Source: Octopus sinensis
Taxonomy: Eukaryota
Length of the DNA: 64,000 bases
NCBI RefSeq assembly: GCF_006345805.1
Contig: NC_043008.1
Location: forward strand, 27,714,001-27,778,000
Direction: 5' to 3'
Under the pieces are notes generated by a model. The model made no database searches, was not told where the DNA came from, and worked only from the letters and a program-made list of their open reading frames with translations. Below, one piece after another: positions 26,661-40,289 of the stretch. A program made the translations under genes and the position numbers. Each line of letters opens with the position of its first letter. Position 1 is the stretch's first letter.

Positions 26661-27345
26661 TATACTTGAACAATTAATTAAACTTTGAAATTCGGGAAAG
26701 TGTTCGACTCAGTCTTGCATTATATCACTTACAGAGAATCTCTTGAATATCCCCATATAAATATGTACCTTCCATTCATGTTTCCCTGAAATCGTAATAC
26801 GTCTATTACCATATAATCCATTAGTTAGGAGAGTTTTATTCTTACAAAATCTCTTAGCTGCATGTAAACCGTATCAGTATTATAGAATACGCGTTATCTC
26901 GTTTGTTTAGTGGTCGTTTCCCAGTTATAGTTAACACATTCGATGGTGTCATATATAATAAAAATACAATGAAGACAGCAATTATAAAGTAGGCAATTTA
27001 TTTAATAAACCAATATAGTTATTTTGAAAATTATTCTTATCAGTTATATATGTAAATACCACAGATACTGGAACTCCTTATAATTATTCAAAAGTTTCTC
27101 TCATCAACAGGGTATGTTAGCCTCATTTTTAGCCTCAGTCATGAAGCATATAGACCGATTGGATATATGTGAATACTACAATCTTCTATTTCTAAAATCG
27201 TCTCTTTGTTCATTCAAGTTTTGGGTCCCCATTCTTCAGTTTTTATTTAACAGAAGGAAAAATATTTGCGGTTTGCATTGACATTCGGAAATGCTCCGAC
27301 AATTGGGCGTTCATCATTTCACATTCAAAATATAGAGCCAATATA

Positions 27346-27575
27346 TTCTTCTTCTTCTTCTTCTTCTTCTTCTTCTTCTTCTTCTTCTTCTTCTTCTTCT
27401 TCTACTTCTTCTTCTCCTCCCCCTTCCTCTTCTTCTTCTTCTTCTTCTTTTTCTTCTTCTTTTAATTCTTCTTATTATTATTATTTCCCCTCCTCCTCCA
27501 CCTTATCCTCCTCCTTCTTTTTCTTCTCCTCCTGCTCTTTCTTATTCTTCTTCTTCTTCTTCTTCTTCTCCTCCC
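27346..27575. repeat. (TCT)n/(TCC)n compound microsatellite and pyrimidine tract
   Basis: Direct reading; explains the poly-Ser ORF 27266-27637. Confidence 0.95.
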
Positions 27576-27879
27576 ACTGCTTTTGCCGCTGCCTCTTTTA
27601 TTTCTGCTTCCTCCGTTTTTCTTTCTTACGCCACTAATTTTTGGTACCGTATAATTCTCTTATTCCTTTTTATTTCTCTTTTATCCCTTGTCCTTCCATT
27701 TGTTTCTTTTCCCCTTCCTTCTTCTTCAACTTCACTTAATTCTTCTTAGCTTTTCTTTCATATTTTTCTTTGCCTTCTTCAGTTCCTTCATTGTCTTCAT
27801 GAGAGTGGGTCCACAAATGCAATATGTACGAGGAGCACGTGCAAAATAGAATGAATGCAACGCTCGAGCCACTATCCAG

Positions 27880-28085
27880 GAGTAGTCAATATATTTTGCT
27901 ACCGGGCATAAATATCTATCTGTGTGTATGCTTATTCAGAAAGCACAGTAGCAAGACTAAGAATGGGTTGGTTTAAGTTCAGGAAACTATCATCTCGGCA
28001 AGTATAAAAATCCTTTGTAATCAGAGGAAAAGTAATACATTACAATGCTTTGACATGAAACGTAATTTTGTATGGGAGTGAAAAT
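27880..28085 (+). mobile_element. Short RTE-type LINE fragment
   Basis: VVNIFCY then ARLRMGWFKFRKL...RGKV...VILYGSE, resembling RTE V-SF-YLG...ARI--GW-KFREL...KG-LY...MLYGSETW. Confidence 0.55.
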
Positions 28086-31000
28086 ACGCTTCATTAGGTC
28101 AACAACTGAATTCAACCGCACATGTCAATTCCTATATCTTAATCATGTGTAATTTTACATCAACTGTTTGCATTTCTTGGTATCAAAGACGACAACGCTT
28201 TATTTTCTGCCATGGCATTCTCCGGCTTAGTGTATAACTAGGGTGATCTCGACAACATGAATGCACTCTAGCATACCACATTTAAACGTCATCCATTGCA
28301 CTTCAAGGTAGCAGTCTGAATATATGCCAGCCTACTCACACATTACATACACTCTCCCACGCATCTATGCATTGATATAGACGGAGCACAACACACTCTC
28401 AAAAAGAAATGGTCATAAGTATTTTACGGCCATAATAATACACTGATAAGCACACTCAAATATTCTAAAGACATATAAACATACCATCAAACTTATTCCA
28501 CGAGACAAAAACACAATAGCCATGCATATTTAAAATTCATAACTGTAATTTACGACACACGCATCGCGAGTAGTAAATACAAACCATTATATGCTGTCTA
28601 TGCGTTAATATCACTAGAGCACATGCGTTTGTGCGTACGATTCCGCATTGTTTTTGTTTTAGATTATACACATATGTAAATAAATCAACATTCTTAGATC
28701 TGTATATATTAAACATATGACTTTTTCAAAACAACTACTAATCGTATTGTATATTCGTTGAAACAAAAGAAATGTTACTGAAATGGGAATATTACACATT
28801 TAATATCATCTGAGTATACACTGGCATGTTCATTAACCGCGGCAGCGTGAGCTTGTTTCTAGAGTTCCCTCCATGCTTACCGTTGCTCGAATCTGTATAT
28901 TATCTACACTTTTCTTTCTAGCCTCTCCAAATAACATTCAACTGTCGATCTTCTCTGTAAATACACATCATAAATTCTTTCTAGATTCTTTTTTATATTG
29001 GTTTAGCAATATCTCTTCCCTTTGATGCAGGTTATCACCCAGAACCTTAGATTCGTTTCTGTTATCTTCATTGCACATTTCTGTGATCATTGTTTTCACA
29101 CTTTATATTTCTCTGTTGTTTCAGCCACGCACCTACGCTTGTCTGACTCTATGCATTATTCGTTTGCTTGGATTCACTTTGCCTTATAATCTAAGTTTTC
29201 TTGCTTGTGATGTGTGAGTGTTTTTGTGTAATCTCCATAACCTTCATTTGAAAGTGTTAAAAATGTATATGATGATTAGGTAAATATCGGATTTAGTTTA
29301 TCTTAACGTAATAGGTGAGGAGAAAATCAGTACTTCACATCCATATCGTTCCCAAAAGTTTAAACAGACAAAACATTTCACTTTTTGCTTCATATTTTAC
29401 TTTCTATTCTGTTGTTTCTTCTAATATATCAACGGTCTAATATAATTTTCCTATTTTGCCATGATCAATTACCTTCACAATGGCGCTTAAATTGTTTAAA
29501 TAATCACAGGGAAACACATTTCGATATCTAATTATAGAAGCAGAAACTCATTTTATATTCCAATTTTTATCTGAGTACTTTTCTGCTATGAGCTGAAATT
29601 ATTTCGTTTGCTTTTCTAGTTGTAGTGAATTACTTTCTCACTATTGCTATTCTCTGCACTGTCTTTTGTTTATTTTATTCCTTAGCAATTTTTCGTCTCT
29701 CAATGTTGACTCACGTAATCAACTCGCTGTTGACACTTCATGTTAATTCTTTTGTGAACTGCTTATAACCTTCATAATCGACCTCATCCATATTCATTTC
29801 TTTCATTTCATTAGTCTTACACTATTATTTATTGTATTTTTTTCTAAATCCATTCTTTCTGAAAAGAAAATATATAACTCTCTTATTTACATATTTTTTC
29901 TGCAGATCAAGTACAGTATCGGTTACTAGGTTCAGTGAAAATTGCCCCAACATAAATAGTAGACACAGCGTATTTACAAATTGTAGTTTTTCAGATAAGA
30001 CATTGGTTTTTACAGGAAACTTTTGGTTTCGAGTCCAAATGTTTACAGAAACTTAAATGAACGTCAGTGTGCATTCGCCAGTGTTTTCAAATATATAAAT
30101 GAAAACATGTTGAGTCGTAATCCGGCAAATATTAAGAAACGTTTATCGTCTTCTGACAAAGTCCAGTAAGATAAAATAAGTGGGTAATATCTGAATAGGA
30201 TATAGAGAAAATTTGTGACGATACAATTGTAGTTATGTGTTACGCAATATATCTAGACCGTATATACTCCTAACACCCGTTATACAAATATATTACCCAT
30301 GATAGAGATGCGGTTCTTGTTAAATTCTATATAAACAAGGTACTGAGTTCGTACAAAATGTATACTTATCTTCTCAATCGCTTTCACTCATTGCGTCATT
30401 GCTAATCAAGTCACACTACCTTTCCGCTCACTAACCAGGAATTAAAAATCAATGTAAAAATGGACGTCAAGAACTGATACACAAGAAGTTATTCTCAGGC
30501 GAAGTAAGTGGATGATGAACGTAATATACATTTTAGTTTCAGCGAATTGCTGGAACCTAAATTTTGCCTTGCTTGCCAATTGATGCTTTTGAGTTGTTAT
30601 TACCGTTGCTACAGGTGTTTCTGACTATTCATTAGTCATTTCCCCTCTTCTAATAATATTTTTCTCAGATAATTCTACCGTAATTACTAAGTTACAATTC
30701 AGAATTCTTGTTGATACTTATTCTCTAGTGTATATATTATTTTGTTCCATTATTCAGTTCATCCCTTTCTTTTAATCTAATAAATTCATCACAATTCTAT
30801 GTAATCTTGACAATCATTCTTTTCCTATCTATACTTCAGCGTATGAATTTACATTTTGTTCTCTACAGTTGTCATATTTCTTCAATATTTTCTGTACATG
30901 ACGTGCTACTGCTAATGACAAAGCTGATTTTGATGGTAAATAGTGCATTGGATTGTTCCTTTCCGACAATTATCGTTATGTCATCAGCAATAAAATTCTA

Positions 31001-33289
31001 TCATTTGTGCTATGTGTTTTACATGTAAAATAGATATAATTTCCACTTCACGTATTTTACATATGTAAAAGAGTCGTAAATTTTAGACTTAAGCTTGATA
31101 AACGTATTATAATAAAAGCAAGGATTGTTGCCTAATGTTTACAGTGTTTTGCTCACTGTCAAAACTCCAGACATTACGTTATTGTGCAGACACTTATATA
31201 TAACCGTTGGTTTCATGTACAAAACACTATTATCGTAGAACACTATTATCGTAGTGCTTGTACAATACTATTTTCTGTTAACTTTCATATTCGGGATTTC
31301 CTTTGTAACTATGGTATGAAGGTTAGTCGGTTATCTCTCTCAGCGAACGCAGATAACAAACTATCAATGCTATGTATATGGCATCAAATCACATTCCAAC
31401 CTGTAATCTTACTACAACTTGGAATTTTACGTATATTTTGAAAGACGAAGTTTTGCTGTTCCCGTTGCATACTGGTTCGTATTAAAGTTAAATAAATTGA
31501 AGGAATATCATTGACAGACATCAATGATATTCCTTGACGCGATGGATGGAGATCAAGCAATGATGTAGATCAAAATCATATCAAGATAATGTAATATATA
31601 TCTTTAAATGTAGCGATTGTGTTGCTGCTCACTTAAGTGAATCAAAAATATTCATATGTGGATTCCAGTGGCCCTATGTACCGTGATATTAAAATGCAAA
31701 CTATTTCTGATTCTACGTTTTAATGTTTCTTAAAACGAGGGATTAATGATTGTTCAGTCTATCACTATACTAATTTTAGCTTGTGCATTAATTCAATGAA
31801 ATATTGATTTCAAATATTCACGAGGCATGGTTCTGTACCACAGAGACGAATTTAACAGATTTCGATGTCTTATTGATTCCTGTTTCATTGATAGTCTGTA
31901 CTTGCAAGATTTGAAATGAAATTATATATATATGATCGCATTCGATCCATTGTTCAATTTTCTTTTCTCATTTATTATTGCTACAATGACATGAGTGCAG
32001 GCCAGAAATTCTAGCACTGTCATTTGAAATGAATATAAAACAGGAAAGCAATTGCCGTCATATGCAACATTTCCAGCGACGTTATATTCAAGTAATTTTA
32101 ATTATAATAACTTCCTCAAAATATATATATGGAAGCACTGCGATATGTTCACAAATAAGATATATTCTCAGTTATGTTAAAATTGTGAAAGCGCAGAAAA
32201 TAGACAACGTGTGCAACACCAATGCTTGTGAATTCATCAACTTGCTTTAAACGCTACAAAAGACAAACGCTACGAATATACAATATGTCCTGGGTGTTGA
32301 TGACTTTCAGAGCGATTTGATGTCAGGTGTACACACACACACATGCACACACACGTGCATAAGTGTGTGTCTTTATCTTGTTACGGGTAGAGAAAGGAAA
32401 AATAGAACAACAGGTCCGTATGATTCAACTATGCATTGACAAAAATGGCAAAAACTTACAGCAAAGACAGCATAAATCTGTTATATATTTGAGTCCAAGC
32501 CGCAGAGCCGTTTCAAATATCTGAGTTCAAAGCACAGAGCTGTTACAAAATGGTTGAGAATGTCAGTTCTTGATCGCAGAAAGTTCAATGTCGGAGATTG
32601 TGGTCGAAATTTTCTTTGTATGTTCCAACTTCTCAGCATGCTGATCAAAGCAAGAGGGAGGTAACTCTATTTACCTTCTTGTTTGTTGGTACTGTTTTTA
32701 AGTTGACCTGCCACTACAGAGAAACGAGGACGATGATAGAATGACAGCGAGCTCAGGAGGAAGACAGAATGATACTTTCCTTCTGTCTGTTATTTAGGCA
32801 GCGGCGGAGAAACACACAAAAGGACATTTGTTAGAGAAAGATGTGGTACTGAAAGTTTTATTATCGTAGCTCTCACTGGGTGTCCTGGTCGTCTCATTTC
32901 ACAACTGTTTTTTCCTTTACGAAATTCTAGTATTTATAATAAGTGCAAGATAGCGAGAAACAAAGTCATATCACCGAAGACAATGGAAAATACATAAATC
33001 GGCTTGGCATTGGCCGTGTTGAGTTTCTCTGGAGTCCACTATTGTATTTTGTGAGAAAATGCCGTTGTAATTTTATGGGAAATTCTATAGATGCATTTTC
33101 GATTTATATGCCTAAATGAAAATCCACTCTCTAAATACCAAACGAAAATACATTCTCGTAACAATATATACATATGAAAGGTCACATTTGCAAAAGAAGA
33201 CATTAACATATTTTAAAGTTTTAGAATATTTATTTATTTAATCAAAATATGACCCTTGTTCATTTATGACCTTCATCCAACGTTCCTCT

Positions 33290-34200
33290 AACGCATATAT
33301 TCGATTTTCAAAGAAATCGTCATCTTTTACACTGATAAATTGTTCGAATGCTTCAATTCTTCTTTATTTAACTCGACTTGTTTAAATATGTGATAAGCTG
33401 TAGGAAGGACATCAGAAGAATAAGGAGGATGTGTCAAAATTTCATAATTCAGGCTTTGCAGCTTGTAGATCGGAGCTTGAAAAGAGTGAGGCCTTACATT
33501 ATCAAGAAGCAAAATTGGCTCATCTCTGTTCACTAATGTGGACTGCTTCTTTTTGAGTTTTTCATGCATACTATCAATTTCCTGACAATAGGATGTTGCT
33601 ATTACAGTTTTCCTTGTTGCAAAAATGAATAATGAATGACCGCCTTTGTCGTCACCATACAGTGATCATAAACTTTTTAGGGATACAAAGGTTGGTTTTT
33701 GGTGACTCACCTGCATCGAACCACTGTTCTGTTCTCCTGCTGTTATCAAACAGCATCCATTTCTCATCACACGTAATGAGTCGATACTAAAATCGCTCAT
33801 TTTCCAATCGAGAAATCAACAATGAGATTCTTTGAATCTCATTGATGTGGAAGAAATCTATCCATCTGTTTGACTTTTCCAATTTCCTTCAAGTGTCATG
33901 AACCAGTTGCTGGAGATATCTGGAGCTCTGATCTGAGATTTCAGACAGTTGTTCTCGAATTTCGCTTAACCAAACGTTCAGTTACTCACGCCGAATAATT
34001 GATTTTGTTTTGCCCCTTGATTCCTTTTTAACGCTTTCATTTCCTGACTGAAATCTTTGAAACCATCTCTGAACAGTTCTAATATCAAGAGAATCGTTAC
34101 CAAGAGCCCGCTTAATGTTTCGTAAATCTTCGGTGGCAGAGTGGCCCAACTTCTATCTGTACAAGAAAATCACTCGGTATTGTTCAGTTTTCAACATTGT
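33290..34200 (-). mobile_element. mariner (DD34D) transposase remnant
   Basis: N-terminal RVIFLY..KLGHSATE..DIRTVQRWFQRFQSGNES, catalytic LITCDEKWMLFDN, and ORF 33327-33569 PILLLDNVRPH...LQSLNYEILTHPPYSSDVLPTAYHIFK. Confidence 0.88.
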
Positions 34201-34361
34201 CACAAGAATTATGGGTAGCAATTTTGAATAATAGTATTGCCTAGGAAGCAAATAGTTAAGATTAAACACATGCATATACATAGAAACTCATTAAAATCCA
34301 TTCATAGATGACTCATAAGAAACCCCTTTACGATATTTCATGTAAGACAACCTAATATATA

Positions 34362-35650
34362 CACTGGCGAAAATAAGCTCAAGACAGATGATGACAGTTC
34401 TGTTCCTTCATTAATTTATTTCTAACAAAACTGTATTAAATTATTTTAACTTTTACAGTTTATGTAGAAATGTTTTCTCTTTCGAATCATATAGGTGTTA
34501 GAATTCTTTATATAATTTGAATTTTAATGCGCAATTAATTCAAATGATTAAAATTTTTCAGCCAAATGTGTGTATAATTTATTTTATCTAAATTGAAAAT
34601 TTACGGCATAAATGTTCAACAAAAAAAATGTTTTTAATATCTAGTTCCATCGCCATTATTTTGAATTACGGCCTTACAACGGCGGTTCATGGAGTACGCC
34701 AAATAAGTACAAAAGTCAATTGGAATGTTCTGCAATATTTCTTCTATAAGTTTATATAATTAGAAAAAAATTGTTGTTTTTTAGCAGGGACTCTTTTAGA
34801 AAAATAATTCCATAAATTTTCTATCGGACTCAAATCCGGGCTCTGCAGATGCCCCTCAATAACCACCATATTATTTCACCAAAATAATGCGATTTTTCTC
34901 TAGCCTTACAAACGGGGCTGGAAAATAGATCCCGTTGATATCTGATTATTTAAATTTGGCAGTAGATTTTCATTTACTAATTGCAGATATCCTACACTGT
35001 TCAGTCTGCAATCAATCTTAACAATTGGACGAACATCTAAGCTGCTTAACACGGCCCACACTATTACCCCCACCTCCCGCATGCGCCATTGTCTTCACAT
35101 AATAGAATTCTTCATTTGGACGGCATCTAACATAAGTCTTTAAGTGATCGAAAGATGCAGAAGTGGGATTGGTCGCTCCTGATAACTTTTGATCAGTCTT
35201 GGGCCGTTCATTCAAAATAGCTTGTATCAAATATGATCCGCTTCCACCAGTTTGTCGCAGAGATTATCGGTTTCATTCGAGCCATCCGGCAGAACAGTCC
35301 AAATTATGTTAGGCTGTTTCTGACAGTTTGTGGTGCAAAGCTGGTGTCAGTTTCATTAGATAATTGCTTGCAAATGTCCACTGCTGTAAATATTTATTTT
35401 CCTTCAGATAGCTTATTAATTCACCAATCCATCTGGACTGTTGTCTTTTTCTCCGAGAACCGTTCTTTGCCGAGCTTTGTATTAGCCAGTAGCTTTGTAA
35501 AGCTTCTATGCTTGAACGCAAGCCGTTTTGTTTCATCATAATTGCTTGCTAATGTTTCACGAAGGACACATTTTGCTGATGAAGCAACATGATCTTTGAT
35601 CTATTAACTTAGCTGATACTACGACTCTTTTCCATAGCGAATTAATGTGT
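34362..35650 (-). mobile_element. Tc1-like (DD34E) transposon remnant
   Basis: KLYKATG*YKARQR (HTH region), YVRCRP-NEEF...GGG (Tc1 YVRRR-E...GGG), SPDLSPIENLW at 34842-34810, and a C-terminus resembling DSM--RC-AVI-N-G--TRY. A candidate end, TA-CACTGGCGAAATAAG, lies at 34360. Confidence 0.8.
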
Positions 35651-36189
35651 GACAATGCTCGATTATTAAACAAAACTGTACAGAGTGACCAGCCATACAA
35701 CCACAAAAGTTATGATTTTTCACAACCTAATAACCCTTTACTGCAATTCTGTGAATAATTTTGTAATTGTTAGGAAACTTACGTTTGTTTTGCTTTATTT
35801 GAAAACAACGTCACCCCGAACTTAAGAAATAGATTACCCCTTTTAACCCAAAACTTGCATAAGTGTTGGTGACGATTCATAACGCCGCTCAGGTTTGTAC
35901 GAAACTTAATGCGCTCACAATAGTGCAGAAATAGTATATCTGAAATTTCAACTTTCTAGTTGAAGTAGTTTCAGTATTATTGGCTTATAAAACTATAATT
36001 ACGAGGTGGCACTAGATTCACACTTTACGATGTCTAAATCCTTGTAAACGCGAGAGAGATGTGGACTACAAATGTATTTATATATATCTAAATTGAAATT
36101 GCTCTCTGCAAATTTTCACAACTAGGCTATTTTAAGACAGAGGCCACTTCAAGCTTTCGATAACATACACAATTAAAAATAATGCATAT

Positions 36190-37386
36190 ATTTACTTTAT
36201 AGGTTTAATTCCAATTTCAAAGAACTGTATAACAAAAAGACTGCCGAATGTTAGCACATTTTTAAACATAACAAAGAATTCTTTCTTTGTTAGATATAAT
36301 AAATCGAAACTGAAGGTTCTCCTTCTTTTGACAAGCATCAGAAAGATTTTGAAGCCACTTGCTCGTTCTGCACTTTGCTTTGTTCTGGGTATTTCCAGTT
36401 TCAATGGTTCTCGACTCCAAAATATTTTTACAAGGTTCAATGCATTTTTATGAACTTGCAGGCTACCACATACCTTCTGAAAATCATAAGTATTCAACAG
36501 TTTGTAAATAAAAGACAACTCTTTCCAGCTGTAAGAGATGAATCGACAAACATTGAGAAGCAAAACTCTTTTCTCTGGAAGAAGAATATTTGCCCAAAAA
36601 GCTACTATTGCTCGAGAATTCCATCTTGCATTACTGAAACATTGCCGTGAGAAATTCGCCAGTTTCTTCAAAGAAACGAAAACCTCTGGTTCACTGAAAT
36701 AGATATTTCATGTTATTTCACTATCCTCCTGATTCAGGAATGTTTTCTTCACCATTGTTGAAATAAGCCTGGAGAAGCTCTAGAATTAATGCATAGTCAT
36801 TATTGGGAGATGTCTTTTTTCTCCAATTTCTTTATCCATTACAACAGGGAGAACTCTATCAAGGATATGATGCTGAAAAAAAATAAATTGCGGTTATTTC
36901 AAGTCCTTTTGAGCAAACATCCCTTGCATCTGAATGAAAATGCCATTTCTTTTCCCAAAGATAAAACAGGTTGTATCAGCGACAAACATCTTTACACAGT
37001 TGCATAAATTGATTTCATCTAAAACAGCTGTTATTCCTTTCACAACAGTATCGGCTTTTCCGTTTGGTAATTGGAGTGCTTCTAACTTAACAATCTTTGA
37101 AACTAGCAATTGATATTCTTGGTCATCAAAATGTTTACTACAAAAAGGCAATGGTCAGTTTCCTAAATGCGGTGTTTTCTTCTTTTTCTTTTTTACTTTT
37201 AGGGCTTCGTTGACAGTAGATCTGTAAATACCAGTTTTGGGAATGAGTCTAGACATCATTGATTCTATCTTGAGATAATTGTCGACTTAAAATAAAGATT
37301 ATTTTACCTACTTATGTAATATTCCTAATCGACTTTTGAAACAGGAAATTGTTTTATTTCAAACAAATCAAAAATTCAGAACCCTA
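36190..37386 (-). mobile_element. hAT-superfamily (hATm-like) transposase remnant
   Basis: KLEALQLPNGKADTVV..ITAVLDE.NL..CVKMFVADTT...GKRNG (catalytic D in ADTT), SNARWNSRAI, RFI, and IPRTKQSAERA (cf. TNQ-AERA). A candidate terminus, TAGGGT, lies at 37386-37381. Confidence 0.7.
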
Positions 37387-37662
37387 ATGACTAAGCAACT
37401 GTTTTATAAATTTGCATAATCTTGGTACGGTCTTATATATATATACACATACACACACACACACACATATACATATATATACATCTATATATATATGTAT
37501 AAGACTTGTTTTATTTATATTTCCTGAGCGCCATACTAATACAATTGTTTGCTTGTATTCCACCTGCCTTCGTTTTTTGTTTATTTCCGTAAACCTGCCT
37601 TCGTCTTTTGTCTATTTTCATAAAGCTTCCCGTTATATATATATAATATATATATATGTATG

Positions 37663-37766
<104 letters not shown>

Positions 37767-37791
37767 AAAAAACAACAAGAATGGATCAACA

Positions 37792-37880
37792 TATCGGTAC
37801 AATTGTTTCGTACGAAGACATCTTTAATAAGGCTACAAAAATTGCAGTAAATATAGGTAACTCGTACTCATCAGCCGAAA
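37792..37880 (-). ncRNA. Type I hammerhead ribozyme with intact canonical core
   Basis: Minus strand: TTTCGG - CTGATGA (37874-37868) - GTACGAG...44-nt loop...TTCGTAC (7 bp) - GAAA (37809-37806) - CAATTG (palindrome ACAATTGT) - TA - CCGATA. Predicted GUA cleavage 3' of position 37798. Confidence 0.85.
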
Positions 37881-37989
37881 AAACATCCGAGATTCCCAAA
37901 CATCAAAGGAGGTAATGTTACACTCGTGAAACATTATGGAAAGTTCTATAAAAATGAGATTTAGTTAACAAATTGGTTTCTTAAAGTTC

Positions 37990-38260
37990 AATTAGTATTA
38001 CACCGTCATATATCAGGTTTTTAAAAAAAATTTCAAAACCTCTTAGTTTTCCAGAAAGTGAAGATGAAAGTGAGGGTGTGAGTTTATCCATATTGAAGAA
38101 AGTTTGATTCCTGGAGATCTGATAAGAGGTATCGTACTCACAGAATATGTGTTTGTCCATATATAGTTCATAGTAAAGTGTGATTCAAGCTGTGTGAAGA
38201 TATTTTGGATACATTTGTGTGAAATTTCTGAAAACTGCTGTGTTATAATCCGAGGAAGAA
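37990..38260 (-). mobile_element. Possible decayed PLE endonuclease region upstream of the HHR
   Basis: Weak resemblance: NFTQ...ELYMDKH (cf. NFTC..IY..C..C..YIG-T) and a C-terminal FEN-F..KKP-like segment. Heavily decayed. Confidence 0.35.
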
Positions 38261-38879
38261 GCGTAGCGACAGTCTTATAGTGGAGACGAACAAGCTGCTA
38301 TAGAAATCTGAAAGAACCACAGAGCTAAAGGAAGAATGTTGAATTTGACCAACTACTGCTATTAATTGTTATATAAAGAGGAAATGGGAAGGTGAAAAGG
38401 GGTGTCAAAGGTTGTTACTATAGGAAAACATCTTAGCGTATTTGGTGCAAAATTCGAACGAAGGTCATTTAATTTATTTCTTTATTTATTAATGTTACTA
38501 TTAATAGATTGCCAGGTTATGGGGATACAATAAGAGGTCAGAAGAAAGGAAATAGAGTTATTTTTCCTAATGAAACCGTTATATTATAGGTTTGGGATTA
38601 GCAAAATTTGTTATTAGTGTAAAAGAACTAAGAAGTTTAATTAACTAATTTACTATAAGTAGGTTTACTTAAGATAGACTTAAGTTATCTACATAGTCTA
38701 ATAGAATGAAGTTTTAAATCAACTAATTTATATCTATAAGTATCACCTAGTATAGTTAGAGAGAGAATATAATCAAAGCTAATTAGATCGCAGCTGTCTA
38801 ATTAAATATATAATATAATATGTAAGAGTAATGTTTTATTCAAGGTGATTTTTTATATATACCGTTATCATTTAAAATA

Positions 38880-39290
38880 TCATTTAAAATATTTAAGAGT
38901 CTTAGTCCTAGCGTGGATACAAGAGAAACCAGTTCAATCCTGCTGTTCAATAAAATATCATAATTTTTTCTATACATTAGTATTTCAAATGTTTCCATGG
39001 AGCAAAGTTGACAACCTACTCTGCTATTTTTATAAGGTATCGCTCTTCTAACTAATTCTCAATTACGGTTATATTTGATATTATTGTTTTTTAGTTCCCA
39101 GATTTTACTTGAAAGAGTGGTACTATCAGCTTTATGGCATAATCTGAAAGAGGATAGATGGTTACTAATGCGTTTTCTAACGCCCCAAGGAAAAACTAAG
39201 ATAAGAGCATTAGATTCTTTGGACGAAAGCTGCGAATGTATGCAAAAACGAGGACGGAAAAAATGGACAATGTAACACATTTACAATAAA
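38880..39290 (-). mobile_element. Penelope-like GIY-YIG endonuclease C-terminal half
   Basis: RKRISNHLSSFRLCHKADSTTLSSKIWELKNNNIKYN then ELVRRAIPYKNSRVGCQLCSMETFEILMYRKNYDILLNSRIELVS. This matches the PLE pattern NH..SF...STTLS..IW.LK...C.LC..E...LLN.R.EL. Confidence 0.85.
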
Positions 39291-39725
39291 AATTCCAACA
39301 GGTGTCTTTCGACTAAGGATGAATTAAATTAAGCTGGCGTGTGTGGAAATGAAGCCTTACGGCAGGGATATAAGTTTTCAGGGATACAGGGGGGAATAAC
39401 GATGTTGCCTCGGACAACAACCAGACCAAGAAAGAAAGAACATGCTTGGCCGAACGTCGGTCACGTGGAAAGAGAAGAGAGAGAAGTAGAAGCAGAGGGA
39501 CAAAAGAATTAAGGAAGGACGAGAAAAATGACAAGGACACAGTGAAGTGAAAAGTGGCGGGAAAGTGAGCAAGAAGAGAAGGCAAAGAAATGTGAATAAT
39601 GGGGAACGAAAGAGCGAATAACGGAATGAACGAATAAGCGTGAAAGGGCTGATAGAAAGAAATAAAGTCATACAAGATTTTTAAAAATGTATACTTCATA
39701 TAAGATACCAAAATGTACTACGCCG

Positions 39726-39762
<37 letters not shown>

Positions 39763-39808
39763 TAAATACCAAATGGGACAAGAACGCAAAAATCCGGTGT
39801 GAATTTGG

Positions 39809-39868
<60 letters not shown>

Positions 39869-40039
39869 AGAGGAGCGGTACGCGTCGCATGAAAGTCTCT
39901 ACAATCACTTGACTACATTGATTTCCTAGCCATCATCAGCAAAATCTACATGCCAGTATATGTGTTTTTGCTATAAAAAATGATGGCTGATTTAACGAAA
40001 TGGTAATGCGTATACTAAAAGTTAATATAAACAGCTAGC

Positions 40040-40257
40040 ATGACAGGGCTGGCACCTTTTCTTAGTATCTGAGAGGACTGCACCGACGTGAAATCACGTA
40101 TCTTGCTCTACGATAAAATGCACCGCTGTATATCGAACTCACAACCTTAAGATCGTGAGCCGAATACCCTAACCAATAATCCAAGCGCTGTCATATATAC
40201 ATACATACGGACGTACGTACATACATACATACGTACATGCATACATACATACATACA

Positions 40258-40289
<32 letters not shown>

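Noticed and set aside
29900-30056. Strong-looking plus-strand acceptor (TTTTTTCTGCAG) followed by a 50-codon open frame
   Set aside because: No homology recognised, and such sites are frequent by chance in AT-rich DNA. RNA-seq would be needed.
37500-37630. AAA-CAATTG-TA motif on the minus strand, resembling the stem III of the 37792 HHR
   Set aside because: G12 is absent (CAAA), and there is no CUGANGA or stem I partner.
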